Positions 1 through 14,575 of a stretch of DNA of 64,000 bases are shown here, in pieces (the first letter of the stretch is position 1; each line of letters opens with the position of its first letter). Under the pieces are notes generated by a model. It did no database searches. It saw only the letters and a list, made by a program, of their open reading frames with translations, and had not been told where the DNA came from. The stretch is from Octopus sinensis. Its lineage: Eukaryota. Location: contig NC_043004.1 in NCBI RefSeq assembly GCF_006345805.1, positions 33,852,001 to 33,916,000 of the forward strand, read 5' to 3'. A program made the position numbers and the translations under genes.

Positions 1-110
1 CTATTGTTTATATGTATGTGTGCTTGTGTGTGTGTGCGTGTGTGTGTGTGTGTGTGCATGTGTGTGTGTATGCGTATGTGTGTGAGTGTGTGTTTGTATT
101 TGTGTTTGTC
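1..110. repeat. (TG)n-type microsatellite
   Basis: Direct inspection. Confidence 0.95.
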
Positions 111-122
111 TCCCTCCTCTGC

Positions 123-300
123 TTGACAAAATGGTATTGGTGTGTTTACATCCCTATAATTTAGGGGTTTGATGAAAGAGACCAATAAAATAAGTGCTGG
201 GCTTTGGAAAAAGGTCAATTCATTCTAACTAAAAAATTTTTCAAGGTAGAGCCCCAGCATGGCCATAGTCTGATGACTGAAATAACTAAGAGATAAGAGA
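123..300 (+). mobile_element. SINE family B, 3' tail fragment
   Basis: Reverse-complement match to the tails at 17930-18130 and 45490-45690 (ccagcatggcc...gactgaaa). Confidence 0.75.
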
Positions 301-451
301 TAAGCGATATTGTATGCTTTTGCATCGTGTTGATGACAATGGAAGTCTTCCCGATTGAGTGTGAATTCTCCTGTTTGATGAAAAAATATCATTACTTCAT
401 TCAGACTTTGTCATAATGTTTTCTTGGCAGAGATATTAGGGTGGTTGAAGG

Positions 452-615
452 TTCTGAGTTCAAATTCCGCCGAGGTCGACTTTGCCTTTCATCCTTTCAG
501 GGTCGATAAATTAAGTACCAGTTACGCACTGGGGTCGATGTAATCGACTTAATCCCTTTGTCTATCCTTATTTGTCCTCTCTGTGTTTAGCCCCTTGTGG
601 TTTGTAAAGAAATAG
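452..615 (+). mobile_element. tRNA-derived SINE family A, 3' part
   Basis: gagttcaaattccgccgaggtcgactttgcctttcatcc...ggggtcgat; same family as the full copy at 53822-54048. Confidence 0.9.
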
Positions 616-1084
616 ATACTAGGGTGGTTTGCCATTGTCTTCCTCTACTGGATGGCCATGGGTCCACACAGAGCTCATCTGCCCTTAAACAGGTCCTGAT
701 TTTGGTCCACACACCCTTTTTACATGCTACTCAAGTGGGGGAGCTGGTTTAGTCACCAAGCACCATGAAACTAAACGACTGGTTCTGTTAAAATTTCTGT
801 CTTCCCATCTTGTGTGATGCCCAAACAATTCCAGAGATCCACCCTTCTGGACAGAGAATTTAGTTATCAATGCTGGAAGGAGCAAATACAACGTTGGAAC
901 ATGGTGAATATAGGGCCAAAGCAAATGTTGCAAGCATTTTACTCACCATTCTGATGTTTGTGATAATTCACTGCATTTGGTTATACATGTATATACACAT
1001 GCATGTATGCACACACACACACACAAATCTGCCTAAAAATCAAAGTCACTCACAAGGGCTGGAGTGAACTCAATCTCTAATGGT

Positions 1085-1200
1085 GGAGGAAACCCATGGA
1101 AGGGGTAGACCCAGGACATCCATTCATAGAAAATCTGCCACAACAAATTCCATCTGACCCATGCTAGCATGGAAAAGGGGAAGTTGTGTGATGATGATGG
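1085..1200 (+). mobile_element. RTE LINE 3' end fragment
   Basis: Encodes LMVEETHGRGRPRT (RTE C-terminal GRGRPR motif), followed by the acccatgctagcatggaa...(gat)n tail. Confidence 0.6.
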
Positions 1201-2629
1201 GTATTTCTTTAAATCTTAATTTTTGTTTACTAAAGGTGAAATAAAACTAAATACAAATAATTTGCTCAAGAAATAGCAACAAAGTAATAAGAATTAAATT
1301 AACAATGAAAATATCATTTCTGAGACATATCTGTGTGTTCTCTGAGATTTTAGTTTAAATTTAATCTTTCTTAGAGAGAAAAATATTCCAAAGAACATCT
1401 TTTTATTTTATTGTCATCTTTCATACCATAAAAGTCCCAAAGATGACATAATTTAAACTTTAATGTGAACTCGTTAACGCTAATTCATATAACTAATCAA
1501 CCTTAATGCCAGACTTTTAACATTTATTACAGGATGAGACTCTCGTGATAATGCTATTGACAGTGTTAAATTAAAAACAGAATAAAAATGAATTCAATTC
1601 TTCATCTCTCACAATTACTTCTCGGTTATTAAACAACACAAACAAAGCTAATTATGAATATCAATTTGAATAATAAATTCTACAACATCTACCCTTGGGT
1701 AAACACCAGGTCAGTTCTTCAAACTTTAGATTTGCACATTAGGTGTATAATAGATTCATTGAATTTCGGATTGATTTCTTAAAATGAATAAATCTCTCAC
1801 ATTATTACAATTTTCATCTGTTTCTCCATAATTTTCTGTTTGTAAAATGTAATCGAACGTAATAAATAATCTTTGACAGAAGAAATTTTCTGTTTAACTC
1901 TCTTCATTTTTGATATGAACTGTTTGAGTAACTGATATTACCAAGAAAACCGTATGGCGTTGTAAATAACATAGTTGGAGCAAATTTAAGCTTTCCATAA
2001 CCAAATCCATAAATTTAATAATCTGCTAACGAGGTGAAGTTAATATGATAAAACACCTATCAACTTAATTATTCACTAAATTTCCTACTACCAGTGATAA
2101 TATTAACATCTTCATTATTTTGGATCATTTGGGTTTTCCAGAAACGTCATCAAAATTTATTAATAACCACCTCATTCTGTCAGTGCAGGAACTGGAAGAA
2201 AACAAGTATCAAGTGCTGGAGCTACTGCAAAGAATTCTGCTTTAAGAGGATGTAGTGTTGAATTTACTTTCAGATTCGTCTGTTGTTTGCTCTGATAGCA
2301 TAAAGATTCAGTTTGAATTCTTTAGACCCAAGATATCAATGTTCACACAGACTCATCCTCAAAAGCATATTGGGTGGTTAGCAATATGTATTGGCACATA
2401 ACAACAGTACAAGGTATACAAAAACTATTACTAGAAGGAAAGCTAAATGTCAAATATTTGAGAGAAAGAGAGGAAGACCTAGAACAAACTAGTTTGAGAA
2501 CATCAAGGACTAGACTTAATTAACACGTGGTGAATGTGCAAGAATGGCATAAAAGAGACCCAAATGGAGATTCTTGATATTGAACTTGCTGAGAATAGAC
2601 GACACCTAATAATCCATTCCATTATGGAC

Positions 2630-2822
2630 ACAAGGCCTGAAATGATGTGAGGAGGGAGCTTCAGCCCCAACACTCAACTGGTACTCCTATTTCATCGACC
2701 CCAAAAGGTTGAAAGGCAAAGCTCAGCTTAATGGAATTTGAACTCAAAATGCCAAGAACAAGAAGAAATGATTCAAAGCATTTTGTTCAATGCACTGAGG
2801 ATTCTGCTGGCTCACTGCTTTC
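2630..2822 (-). mobile_element. SINE family A (decayed)
   Basis: atcgacccc...gaaaggcaaag...ggaatttgaactca, reverse complement of the family A consensus seen in this window. Confidence 0.8.
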
Positions 2823-2994
2823 AGATGATACCAAATAATAAGCAGTATATTGTCTAATGTATCCTTCCCTTTTTTTCCAGAAGGTGAATAGCCTGCTATT
2901 TCTAGGTGGTTAACCAACCACATAGAAGATATTTTGTCGGCTCAACAAAGGCTCAGTACTATATAAGAATTGGGTATATATATATATTTATTCT

Positions 2995-3215
2995 TTTATT
3001 CTTTTACTTGTTTCAGTCAGTTGACTGTGGCCATGCTGGAGCACACCCCTCTAGTCGAACAGTTCAACCCCAGGACTTATTCTTTGTAAGCCTAGTACTT
3101 ATTCCATTGGTCTCTTATGCTGAACTGCTAAGTTACAGTGATGTAAACACATCAACATCAGTCATCAAGTGATGGTGAGGGGGACAAACACAGATGCACA
3201 AACACACACACACAC
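2995..3215 (-). mobile_element. SINE family B tail
   Basis: cttttacttgtttcagtc...ggccatgctggagca...ggacttattctttgtaagcctagtactt. Confidence 0.85.
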
Positions 3216-3599
3216 ATTAGGTATGTCACTTCAGTTTAACTACCTATTCATATATCTATCTTTCTACCTTTAAATCAATCTTTGAGTCTATCTTTTTACC
3301 TTGCCATTAATCTGTCTCTCTCTCCCTCTACATTTCTGTCATTATAGCTATAAATCTTTCTACCTTTTTACCTGTCAATGTATCTATCTAGCTATCAATA
3401 TATTTCCCTTTTTTATTTTCCTGTGTTTCTCTCAAAATGTCAGCCTAACTTTCTATCTTTCAATCAATCTAGCTGCCTTTACATGTCTGTAGTTATATCT
3501 TTGTATCTCTTTACTTTTCCATCTGTTAATCTCTCTACCCCCTCTCTCTCTATTTACCTACCTCTCTTCTGACACATCATTACATTTTTCTATTACCAT

Positions 3600-3655
3600 C
3601 TCTCTGTCTGTCTGTCTATCTATCTACCTATCTACCTATCTACCTGTCTATCTGC

Positions 3656-3722
<67 letters not shown>

Positions 3723-3753
3723 CCTACCTACCTACCTACCTATCCATCCATCC

Positions 3754-3803
<50 letters not shown>

Positions 3804-3808
3804 ATCTA

Positions 3809-3845
<37 letters not shown>

Positions 3846-3866
3846 GTCTATCTATCTATATATCTG

Positions 3867-3903
<37 letters not shown>

Positions 3904-4000
3904 ATCTATCTATCTATCTATCTACCTATCTACCTATCTACCTACCTATCTACCTACCTACCTATCTATCAATCATCTATCTATCTACCTATCTATCTAC
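3600..4000. repeat. (CTAT)n/(CTAC)n microsatellite
   Basis: Direct inspection. Confidence 0.95.
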
Positions 4001-4739
4001 ATGTATACCATTCTATCTTTCTACCACTCTAACTGTCAATCTATACATCCACCTTCCTCTCTAACTTTCAACCTTTCTATCAATATACTTACCATTCCAC
4101 CTTTTTTCCCCAATCCATCCATATACCCATCCCTCTCTTTCTACCTTTCTATCCATCAATTTTTCTTTCTCTTCAAATATCTATTCTGACATAACAGTTA
4201 AGCATTAAAACTCGTAACAACAATTCAACTTTCACTGTTTATTGTCTGTCACATTCTTGTGTTCTATGACATTTAGAAGCTTTTATCTGCACAGACGCCA
4301 TGTTCACTCTATCTAAATAGGGTAAAATCCAGAACTGGATGCAATGCTGGTGGCCTGAAAAGTCTATCAATAAAAAGTTTGGAAAATTTGTTGAGATCAT
4401 TTTCTGTGAGGAGTGTAGAATTTAATGTCTTGCCGCTCTGTGAATGGGGACATGAGATGAAAAAAAAAATAAAGGTGAGGAACTGATTTGGTGAAGTGAG
4501 ATGGGAAGGGACAAGCAAAATGGGTCATGTCCGAGGAGGAGAAATCAAGCTGGCAAGATGAAGGAAGGAGAAGGCTCAGAAAGTTGGATGGGAATGTTGA
4601 GAAAGGATAGAAAAGAAGATGGTGACAATACATCAAACAAGCATGAACACAGTTACAATGGTGGCCTGAAATCTTGTGAGGAGGAGGGTGGAAGTGAATG
4701 AGAAGGGGATACATACTGAGCACTCAGTTATGGCCATAT

Positions 4740-5130
4740 GGAAGTGCATATGCACACACAAACACATGCACATGCACACACACACAAACATATGCAAATG
4801 CACACATACAAATTTATTATTACACACATGCACACAAACCAATAAAAAACATACACACAAGCACTCAAAAACACACACACATGCACACACACAATTGCAC
4901 ACACACAAACACTCACACACACACACACACACTCACAATCGTAAACACTCACACACACACACATGTGCACATATACACACTCATATACATTTGTACACAC
5001 AAGTACAAACACACACATATGCACATGAATACATTTATACAGTCACACTCATACACACATGTGCACATGCACACACACACACTCATACATATACCAGCAC
5101 TCATATGTGAGTAGATACCTACATATACTT
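4740..5130. repeat. Degenerate (CA)n microsatellite
   Basis: Direct inspection; source of the H/T-rich ORFs. Confidence 0.9.
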
Positions 5131-5254
5131 ATGCACACTTCTAATTTTATATTTCCTCATGGTGAATAGACTTCAATAATCTTTCAAATTTCTGATCTTC
5201 AAAATACAAAATCTTACACAAATAAACTTAGAGATTAAATTTCACCTGAAAATA

Positions 5255-5470
5255 TTCTTTTCTACTCTAGGCACAAGGACAGAAATTTTTAGGGAGGGGT
5301 CCCGTCAATTAGGTCGACCCCAGTTCGCAATTGGTAATTAATTTATTGACCCCTAAAGGATGAAAGGCAAAGTCAACATCAGTGGAATTTGAACTCAGAA
5401 CGTAAAGACAGATAAAATACCACCAAGCATTTCAACAGGTGTGCTAACATTTCTGGCAGCTTGTTGCCTT
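5255..5470 (-). mobile_element. SINE family A
   Basis: aggcacaagg...gtcgaccccagt...gaaaggcaaagtc...ggaatttgaactcagaac...ctggcagcttg. Confidence 0.85.
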
Positions 5471-6114
5471 TGCACCTGAAAAAAACTAAACTAGTAAAAG
5501 CAACAAATGTCATTTGATCTTAGGGAGATTAACATCACAACTCTTCCCCCATAATGTAACAGTGGTATTGTTGTAGTTTGGGAGCATCATACTGCCAGCA
5601 AAACACATGCACTGGTTATGTTACACTTCCTTTTTATTACCAAGCAATTAGATAATTAACCTATAGAACAAATAGTTAATTGGTTAGTGTGTCAAACTGG
5701 TGTGGAATAAATACCAAAAATTTGATCTGTTGTAATATTGAACTCTATCTCAGACACAATGTCTCAAGTGTGGCATGGGCAGGAGTCAACAGATAATTAT
5801 ATCAATTAAATTGATTCCAAGATCTAACTTTATGGATTCTGGATGGTTGAAATGCAAAGTTGTTTTTAACAGGGCTGGAACCTCGGATGTGAATATTTCT
5901 AGCTAAGTACTACACAGTAATTTGTTTGCCACTCAACTGATTCTACCAGTCTACTGCACTTGAATCGAGGACATTATTCCTCGTAAGAACATTATGTATG
6001 TGCTTTATCTTTACCATAATCAGTAATCATCTTAAATTTGATGGCTGACTTGACAGAAATAGCTTTAGTCCATATTTTGTCAAACTTGTCTGTGGTGATA
6101 TTTTATATAGGTAG

Positions 6115-6196
6115 ATAGCTAGACAGATAGATAGTTAGATAGATAGATATAGATAGATATAGATAGATTGATAGATAGATAGATAGATAGATAGAG

Positions 6197-6254
<58 letters not shown>

Positions 6255-6255
6255 C

Positions 6256-6292
<37 letters not shown>

Positions 6293-6420
6293 GGATAGAT
6301 AAATAGATAGATAGACAGAAAGATAGACAGACATAGATAGAAAGATAGACAAATTGATAGATGGATAGATACATAGATAGTCAGACAAATAGATAGACAG
6401 ATAGATAGATAGAGATAGAT
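6115..6420. repeat. (GATA)n microsatellite
   Basis: Direct inspection. Confidence 0.95.
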
Positions 6421-6799
6421 AAACGAATAGGTAGTAACTTGCCAAATATATCAGAAAATTATAGTCTAAAATAATTATTATGTCTATATGTGTAAGCATA
6501 TATATTTATATGTGTGTTAGTGTCACACAATATTTATAAGAAAAATATGTGAGTAAAATAGATAAATGTTAAAAGCTAAAAGTGTAACATCAGTTGTATA
6601 CAGTGAAATATTGAAGATAGACAATTAAAAGGTAATGATCTTAGCTAAAGCTGTTTTCCAGAAAATTCATGAAATAAGAGAAAAAGAAGATGTAGAAGTA
6701 TAAAATAAATAATTAAAAAGAGGAATAAAGAATTAAAAAAAAAAAGATATTGACTGTGTAAAGAAAGCTCACTGCGAGAAGAAGAGAGTAACAACATAC

Positions 6800-7545
<746 letters not shown>

Positions 7546-7594
7546 TATTAATGTATTTTATGCCCAATGATAATGGTTTCAAATTTTGGCACAA

Positions 7595-7755
7595 CACCAG
7601 TAACTCTGGGGGAGGGGTTAGCCAGTTACATCAACTCCAGCGCTAAACTGGTACTTATTTTATTGACCCAAAATAATGGAAGGCAAAGTTAACCTCAGCA
7701 GAATTTGAACTCAGAATGTAAAGAAGAGTGAAATGCTGTGAACCATTTTGCTTGG
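7595..7755 (-). mobile_element. SINE family A (decayed)
   Basis: actggtacttatt...gaaggcaaagttaacctcagcagaatttgaactcagaatg. Confidence 0.8.
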
Positions 7756-8089
7756 AATGCTAAAGATTCTGTCTTCTTAAGTTCAGTTATAATAAAAAAA
7801 AATTAAGATTTACATTCATCTGAAGTGTTAATCTATATTTTGGTAGTGTATAAATTCATTATTCTTAAGCAAGAACACTATTGACAGTGACTTCGAAGTT
7901 TTGGCCAGCTAAGCCTTATCAAACTGCAATGCATTGAAGTTAATTTTGGCTGTATATAGTCTATGTTGAGATAAAGATTTTCCTCAGGTATGTGGGTTTG
8001 TTGGAGTGGTAATTAGGTGGTAGGATGGATTGTGATGGAGAGGTGTTTTAGAGAAATTTCTTTTGATTAAATTTGGGGTTATGTTCGTC

Positions 8090-8440
8090 ATCATCATTGT
8101 TGTTTAACGTCCACTTTCTATGCTAGCATGGGTTGGATGGTTTGACTGAGGACTGGCGAGCCAGAAGGCTGCACCAGGCTTCAGTCTGATCTGGCAAAGT
8201 TTCTACTGCTAACCACTCCAAGAATGTAGTGGGTGCTTTTACATGCCACTGGCATGAGAGCCAGTCAGGTGGTACTAACATTGGTCATGCTCAAATAGTG
8301 CTTTTTATGTGCCACCTGCACAGGAGCCAGTCAGGTGACACTGGAAATGATCAGGCTCGAATGGTGCTTTTTTATTGTGCCACTGGCATGGGAGCCAGTC
8401 AGCGGCCCTGGCAACAATCACACTTGAATGGTGCAAAATT
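8090..8440 (-). mobile_element. RTE-tail repeat family D with about 3 internal 66-bp units
   Basis: (cat)n tttaacgtccactttctatgctagcatgggttggatgg... followed by gtgccac/gagccagtcag units. Confidence 0.8.
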
Positions 8441-9099
8441 CACTCATATATAAAGAAATTTGTAAACTGATGTGTATATTTAGGTGTGGCAGCTTCAGGT
8501 CATGTGGTTGTTTTCTAGTGGTTCAGAAAAAAGATGTAGGTATGTATATATATTTGTGTGTGTGTGTGTGTGCTCACATTTTCATGTATTTATATATGTA
8601 TGAATGCAAATGTATATATATATTTATATGTAAACTTGGTGTCAATCTTAAATATATTTGAGTGATATTTGAATCCCCAAATGGCTTTTAATTGCAGTTT
8701 GTCATGAATAAATATTTTCACTGTAGGCAAAAAAGGCATAAAAACAACATGGTGAGTTTAGAGCGCCTTCTATTGGACTATGGAAGGCATTTGTTTTAAA
8801 ATAGTTATCTTCTCATCAGCATCAGATACCAATGGAAGGTAACTCAGAGCTAACTGCAAAATTCAGACTCATCTTATAAAAGTATTGTAATTCAGTTACT
8901 TGTCACAAATTATCATAGTATCACCATTATTCATGACGATACTCTTTTACACTATAACCGTGTAGTATCAATAAAATATATAACAAAGCAGAGTAACAAC
9001 AACGTAACAATCCCACAAACTCTCCACGAAGTATATATAAACCAACAAACGATATTCCAACAAAACGACACCTCATGACTTCATGCAATTAACACCTAC

Positions 9100-9131
<32 letters not shown>

Positions 9132-9581
9132 TCAAACTTCTACTATTTATAGCCATTAGGTCAAGCCTATTCTCACCAGGGGTGTCGTGACCCTCGCCAC
9201 AACAAAAAGAAAAAATAATCTTCATCATTGTCCTTCCCCTCCTCCTCATCATCATCACCACCATCATCATTGTCGTCGTTGTCATCGTCGTCATCATCAT
9301 TTAATGTTTTCCATGATAGCATGAGTTAGGCCAAAATTATTAACCAGACAATGGTGTTTTTATATGTTTTTGTCTCCAGTTAGTATATTTTATATTTCTT
9401 CATGACAAACTGCAGTGAAAAACTCTCTTATGCAATCCAATATCTCTTAAACATTTTTGCTCTCAGTCACTGCTCTGCACATCTACTCATGAATATATAG
9501 ATATATTATATATATATATACATTTGTGTTTGTATGTATGTATATATGCATATATGTGTGTGTGTGTGTTTTATATACACA

Positions 9582-10876
9582 TACAACAAGAGTTGGCTGA
9601 AATGATCATAGGCTGATGTAGATACACTCATGGAATGTGGCCAAATAAGGTTTTATTTTTTTAACAAAGAGCCCCTTGCAGTCCATGTACTCCTTCCATT
9701 GATGTTGCAATGCTTAGACTCCATTGGTGAAGAACCTTTCGTCCTGCTGATCAAAAAATCATCAACAGCAGATGTGACCTCATCATCCCTGTGATAATAG
9801 TTCCCAGCCAAGTGTTCTCTCATGTTTGGGAACAGATGGTAGTCTGATGCAGCCAAACCAGAAGAATAGAAAGGGTGATCAACCACTTCAAAGCCACATT
9901 CAAGCACAGCATCGAGTGAAACTAAGGACTTGTGTACTGGAACATTGTCCTAGTAAAACTAGACCTCTTTCATCAGTTTTCTTGGGCATTTGGACTTGTT
10001 GTCCTTTCATAACTGCCTCAGCAAGTTCGCATAGTACCTTCCATCGATGGTGTGGCCCTTTCCACAATAGTCAATAAACACAATGCCTTTTGCCTCACCA
10101 AAAACTGAGGCCATCACCTTCCTTGCAGTTGAAACGACTCTGGACTTATTTGGAGCAGGTGCAGAGAGATGTTTCCACTGCATGGATTGTCTTTTTGTTT
10201 TCAGCTCAAAGTGATGAAGCCAACACTCATCCTGGCTGAGGAAACATTTGAGGAAACCAGCTGGATTTGCCTGAAACAGTATCAGGTCTTACTGTAATGT
10301 TATCAGCCTGAAGTGCTTTTGATCAGGTGTCAGAAGAGGTGGCACCCACAAAGCAGGAACCTTAGAAATGCAGAGTTCATTGTGCAGAATGTTCTCAACT
10401 CACACAGGGCATGCTAATAACACTTGAATTATAATCAATTGCCTGTCATTTATCACCATTAGTGAACATGATCAATGTTTTCCTTGGTTGTGACAGTTGC
10501 AGGACTTCCAGAATTTGGGTCTGTCTTCAAGACTCTCTCTCTTCCTCTAAATTCATCTGTCTTCTTTTGCAGTGCTGATAAAGCTGGAGCATCTTCCCCT
10601 AATGTAGCATCCATATCAGTATGAATATCCTTTTGGGACTAAACCCTTTTTCTGCAGGGACTTGATAACACCGTGATACCAAACTTTGTCAATTTTGAAG
10701 TTTATGTCTCTGCTAGTTACTTTTGACGTCTTCTTTGAGCAGTCAAATGTCAGTTTATCTGGAAAGAAACAATGAAGTTATAAATAAGAAATGTTGAAAT
10801 TAATTCAGGCAAGACTTCACAGCTCTAGAGGCACACATTCATAGTCAGCCTATGAACTTCTAACCCCTACCTTGTA
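9582..10876 (-). mobile_element. Mariner (Tc1/mariner) element, about 1.3 kb, decayed transposase
   Basis: Imperfect TIRs (...gttggctgaaatgatcataggctga at 9582-9617; tcagcctatgaacttctaacccctaccttgta ending 10876). Minus-strand peptide HPFYSSGLAASDYHLFPNM resembles the mariner HPPYSPDLAPSDY motif. Confidence 0.9.
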
Positions 10877-12014
10877 GATCTCTGTAACTTAACTCAATAA
10901 CGTGTTCTTTCATGATCTGTTCTTGTTAAGCATCCAAATGCATTTGGAATATACAATGCAGATTTCCAACGAACCATAATGGTAAAATGTAAGTAGGAAT
11001 TAAGAATATGAACTTGTGTTTGTCATTATTTTTCATATGTCTGTGTGTGTGTGTATGCTATAACCTTTCCTGGTTGTTTTAAACTTAAAAATAAAAATAA
11101 CTAGGTAAGGTTAATATAGTTAGTAAATATTCAGTATGCTTAGCACTGGTTTAAAATATCAAAATTGGAAAATTCATTCATCTTAGTGAAAACCAGAACT
11201 TTTAAAAACTTTTTTAAAACAACTTAATAATAAAATAGAAGAATAATAAAAAGAAAAATATTCCATAGTTGTTGTTAAAAAAATTTTCCAATTTTCTTTT
11301 ATATCACACTGAAGTAATTTTTTTTAAATCTTCAGCAAAAGTGACATGTAAAACTTCTACCATTTGTGATGTTTCAAAAACCGTTTGTATGTTTTTAGAA
11401 TTTAAAATATTACCTCAATAACTCGATGATTCAGGATTATACATATTGAAAGATTTCGTTATTTTTAATATCATAGAAATCTATTTAAAAAAAAAAAAAT
11501 TGATTTCATTGCAGGTAAAAATATTCTTCTTAATCAAATTCTCTCCTATATCTTACCGTGGTTTCCTAAGATATTTTAAATTAAAATCTATCACACATTC
11601 AGATTGTTGTTATGCTAGAATTCGTTTTGTTGTCTTTTACATTTTCAAGGTTCAAAAAACAATTTTTTTCTATGAATTGTCTTTCTGTAATGTCTTTGTA
11701 TTCTCATTTTAGTTTCCTTCCTTCTTCCAAAATTCTATAACCAATTCCAAATTTCTTGTTTAGATTTAGAACCGAAAGCAACATTTTCTCCAGTCATTTG
11801 CATTGCTTCAAAATATGGCATAATTTTATCAACCAAAATTGTTTTTTTCCTCCCTCTTCTGTCTTATAATCTTGTACCTTCTCTCATTATTTCTGTATCT
11901 TCTCCCTTCATCTTTCCTCACTAAATATCTTCATCTCTTTACATTTTTACGTTCAATTTTCTTTTTACCTTCCTCCATAATTGATGTCATACTTTCTTCT
12001 CTCTGTATAGAGAA

Positions 12015-12376
12015 ATACACACACACACACACACACATAGATGGCCATGTACACACATATATGTATATATATATATATATATATATACATATATATAAAC
12101 ATGTATGTATAAATATTTATATATATAAATGTATGTATGTATATGTATAAATATATATATATGTGTATGTATGTATAGGTGAATATATATATATGAATGT
12201 AAGTATACATATGCATGTGTGTGTGTATATATATATATATATATAAAAGCACATATACACATCTGTGTGTGTGTGTATATATATATGTGTTTGTATGTCT
12301 ATATATATATATATGTGCATACATACATTCATGCATGAATAATATGTACCTCTCTCTACATACACACACACACACA

Positions 12377-12407
<31 letters not shown>

Positions 12408-12518
12408 GCAATAAATATATATACATATTTGTATGTGTATATATATATGTGTGTGTGTGTGTGTATGTATATATATATATACACATACATATATACATAC
12501 ATACATACATACATATAT

Positions 12519-12558
<40 letters not shown>

Positions 12559-12560
12559 AT
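12015..12560. repeat. Compound (CA)/(TA)/(TATG) microsatellite
   Basis: Direct inspection. Confidence 0.95.
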
Positions 12561-13379
12561 GAAATGCATACACAATTTTTTCCTTTCCTACTTGCAAGCT
12601 TTCCCGATTCCTTATTACAATATTCAAATATGTTTCTTTACACACCTCATTACCATACTATTTCAATAAGAAACCTGTCGTCATAACTCTTGTTCAATAA
12701 TTCTTTATTTTCTTCTTTTTATTTACACATTTTTTTTTCATTTATTTATACTTTTGGCATTATACTTATATGTTTAGTTGAAGGTTACCAACCAGCAAAG
12801 CACTACCCCCACCCCTTACATTTCCCTAACCCTCCACCTTACCATTACCGATTCTATTTTCTTCTCCTTGTTTACTAAACCCTTGTCTGTGTGATGTTAT
12901 TTTCTTATATTCTTCATGATAATATTCCAGCTCCCTTTACATTTTTATCCTCCCTTTCCATTTCTTTATTCTTGTCACCCCCTTTTTTTTTTACTTCATC
13001 GCAACGCCCACCAAGACGAGGTATTATTATGACATGATCTCTCAAAATCCATTAACTGGGTCCTTTTACACTTTTCCCTCAAACTGTAAACACCTTCCAT
13101 TATTCCCCACCTCCACCTTTCTCCTCACCCACCTCTTAACCTTTCCTAAGTAATATCAATTTTCAGTTTTACCACTTAGCTTTTCTTTTTTAACTCCTCT
13201 CTTCCTCCTCCTCTTCCTCCTCCTCCTCCTCCTTTCTCCCCTTTTTCTTCTCTCTTCTCTCCTCCTTCTTCCATAATTGACTTGACCTCCTCCTCCTTCT
13301 CCTCCTTCAAATTGTTAAAGTTCCCTTCCTTATTATTTCAAATCATCACTTTTTTCCTATCTCAGATGATGATGATGAT

Positions 13380-13396
13380 TTGCTGTTCATCTTCTC

Positions 13397-13460
<64 letters not shown>

Positions 13461-13796
13461 TATATATAAATATAAAATATATGTGATTATGCATGTGCAG
13501 GCACATGTGCGTGTCTGTGTGCCTCTATGTGCATGCATGCATGCACACGTGTTAACCTTTGTGACTGTTTTTCAAAAAATTCCCAAATACTAGGTTCTCA
13601 ATGCACATATATATATATATATCTTTATACACACTCATTCACATGCGCATATACTTATATTTGTATCATATATATATATTTATATATATGTGTGTGTACG
13701 TGTTTATAAATATATATATATATTTTTATATATATGTATGAGTGCGTGTGTGTATATATATTTATACACACACACACACACATATATATATATGTA

Positions 13797-13831
<35 letters not shown>

Positions 13832-13850
13832 ATGTGTATGAATATACATA
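13380..13850. repeat. (TC)n plus compound (TA)/(TG) microsatellites
   Basis: Direct inspection. Confidence 0.9.
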
Positions 13851-14339
13851 TATCTATCAATGTCATTATCATGGTTTTAAGTCTGACTTCTCTCCTTGTC
13901 TGAGACAATCTGACAAAAGCCACAAGACAGTGTTAAGTTCTGTGTCTGCTTCAGCATAGTTTCCATGGCTGAATACACTTCTTAACACCAATCATTTTGC
14001 AGAGGTCTTATGTTTTATTTGCTTTCTTTTTGCATAGCCTCAATTTTGTGAGGTCACAAGACTGCAAAAGACTCTTCAACCAAGTGTGGTGGTGATGGTG
14101 GTGAGTCATTAAGAGATAATGACTTTATACTGGCTGTTGAGAGGTTAAAGCATGTTACAGGGACAGGAGGAGGCATCTTGGTTTAGAGGAGATACAGGGA
14201 TAGTGATAATGAGGTTTTAGTGTATACCTTCAAGGTACACGAAGGGGGAATACAACAAAGAATGGGGACAGAGGTTCAAGAAGGGTGAGTGAAGAAGTTC
14301 ACAGGAATGCAAGAGAAGAGTGACTGATGGTTAGAGATG

Positions 14340-14383
14340 TGTGTGTGTGTGTGTGCGTCTGTCTATATATATATAAATATATA

Positions 14384-14441
<58 letters not shown>

Positions 14442-14445
14442 TTAT

Positions 14446-14501
<56 letters not shown>

Positions 14502-14502
14502 A
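14340..14502. repeat. (TG)n/(TA)n microsatellite
   Basis: Direct inspection. Confidence 0.95.
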
Positions 14503-14575
14503 GTTCAGCAAAATTTAGATTCAGATGAATATGGTACTTATGGTATTATCCATATAAATCAAATGGGCTGATTAT

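Noticed and set aside
4633-5114. Long ORFs rich in H/T, C/V, Y/I, S/L or FIHS (also at 6-7, 12, 23, 25, 34.7-35.3, 57-58 and 61.5-63.3 kb)
   Set aside because: They are read-throughs of stop-free microsatellites on both strands, not genes
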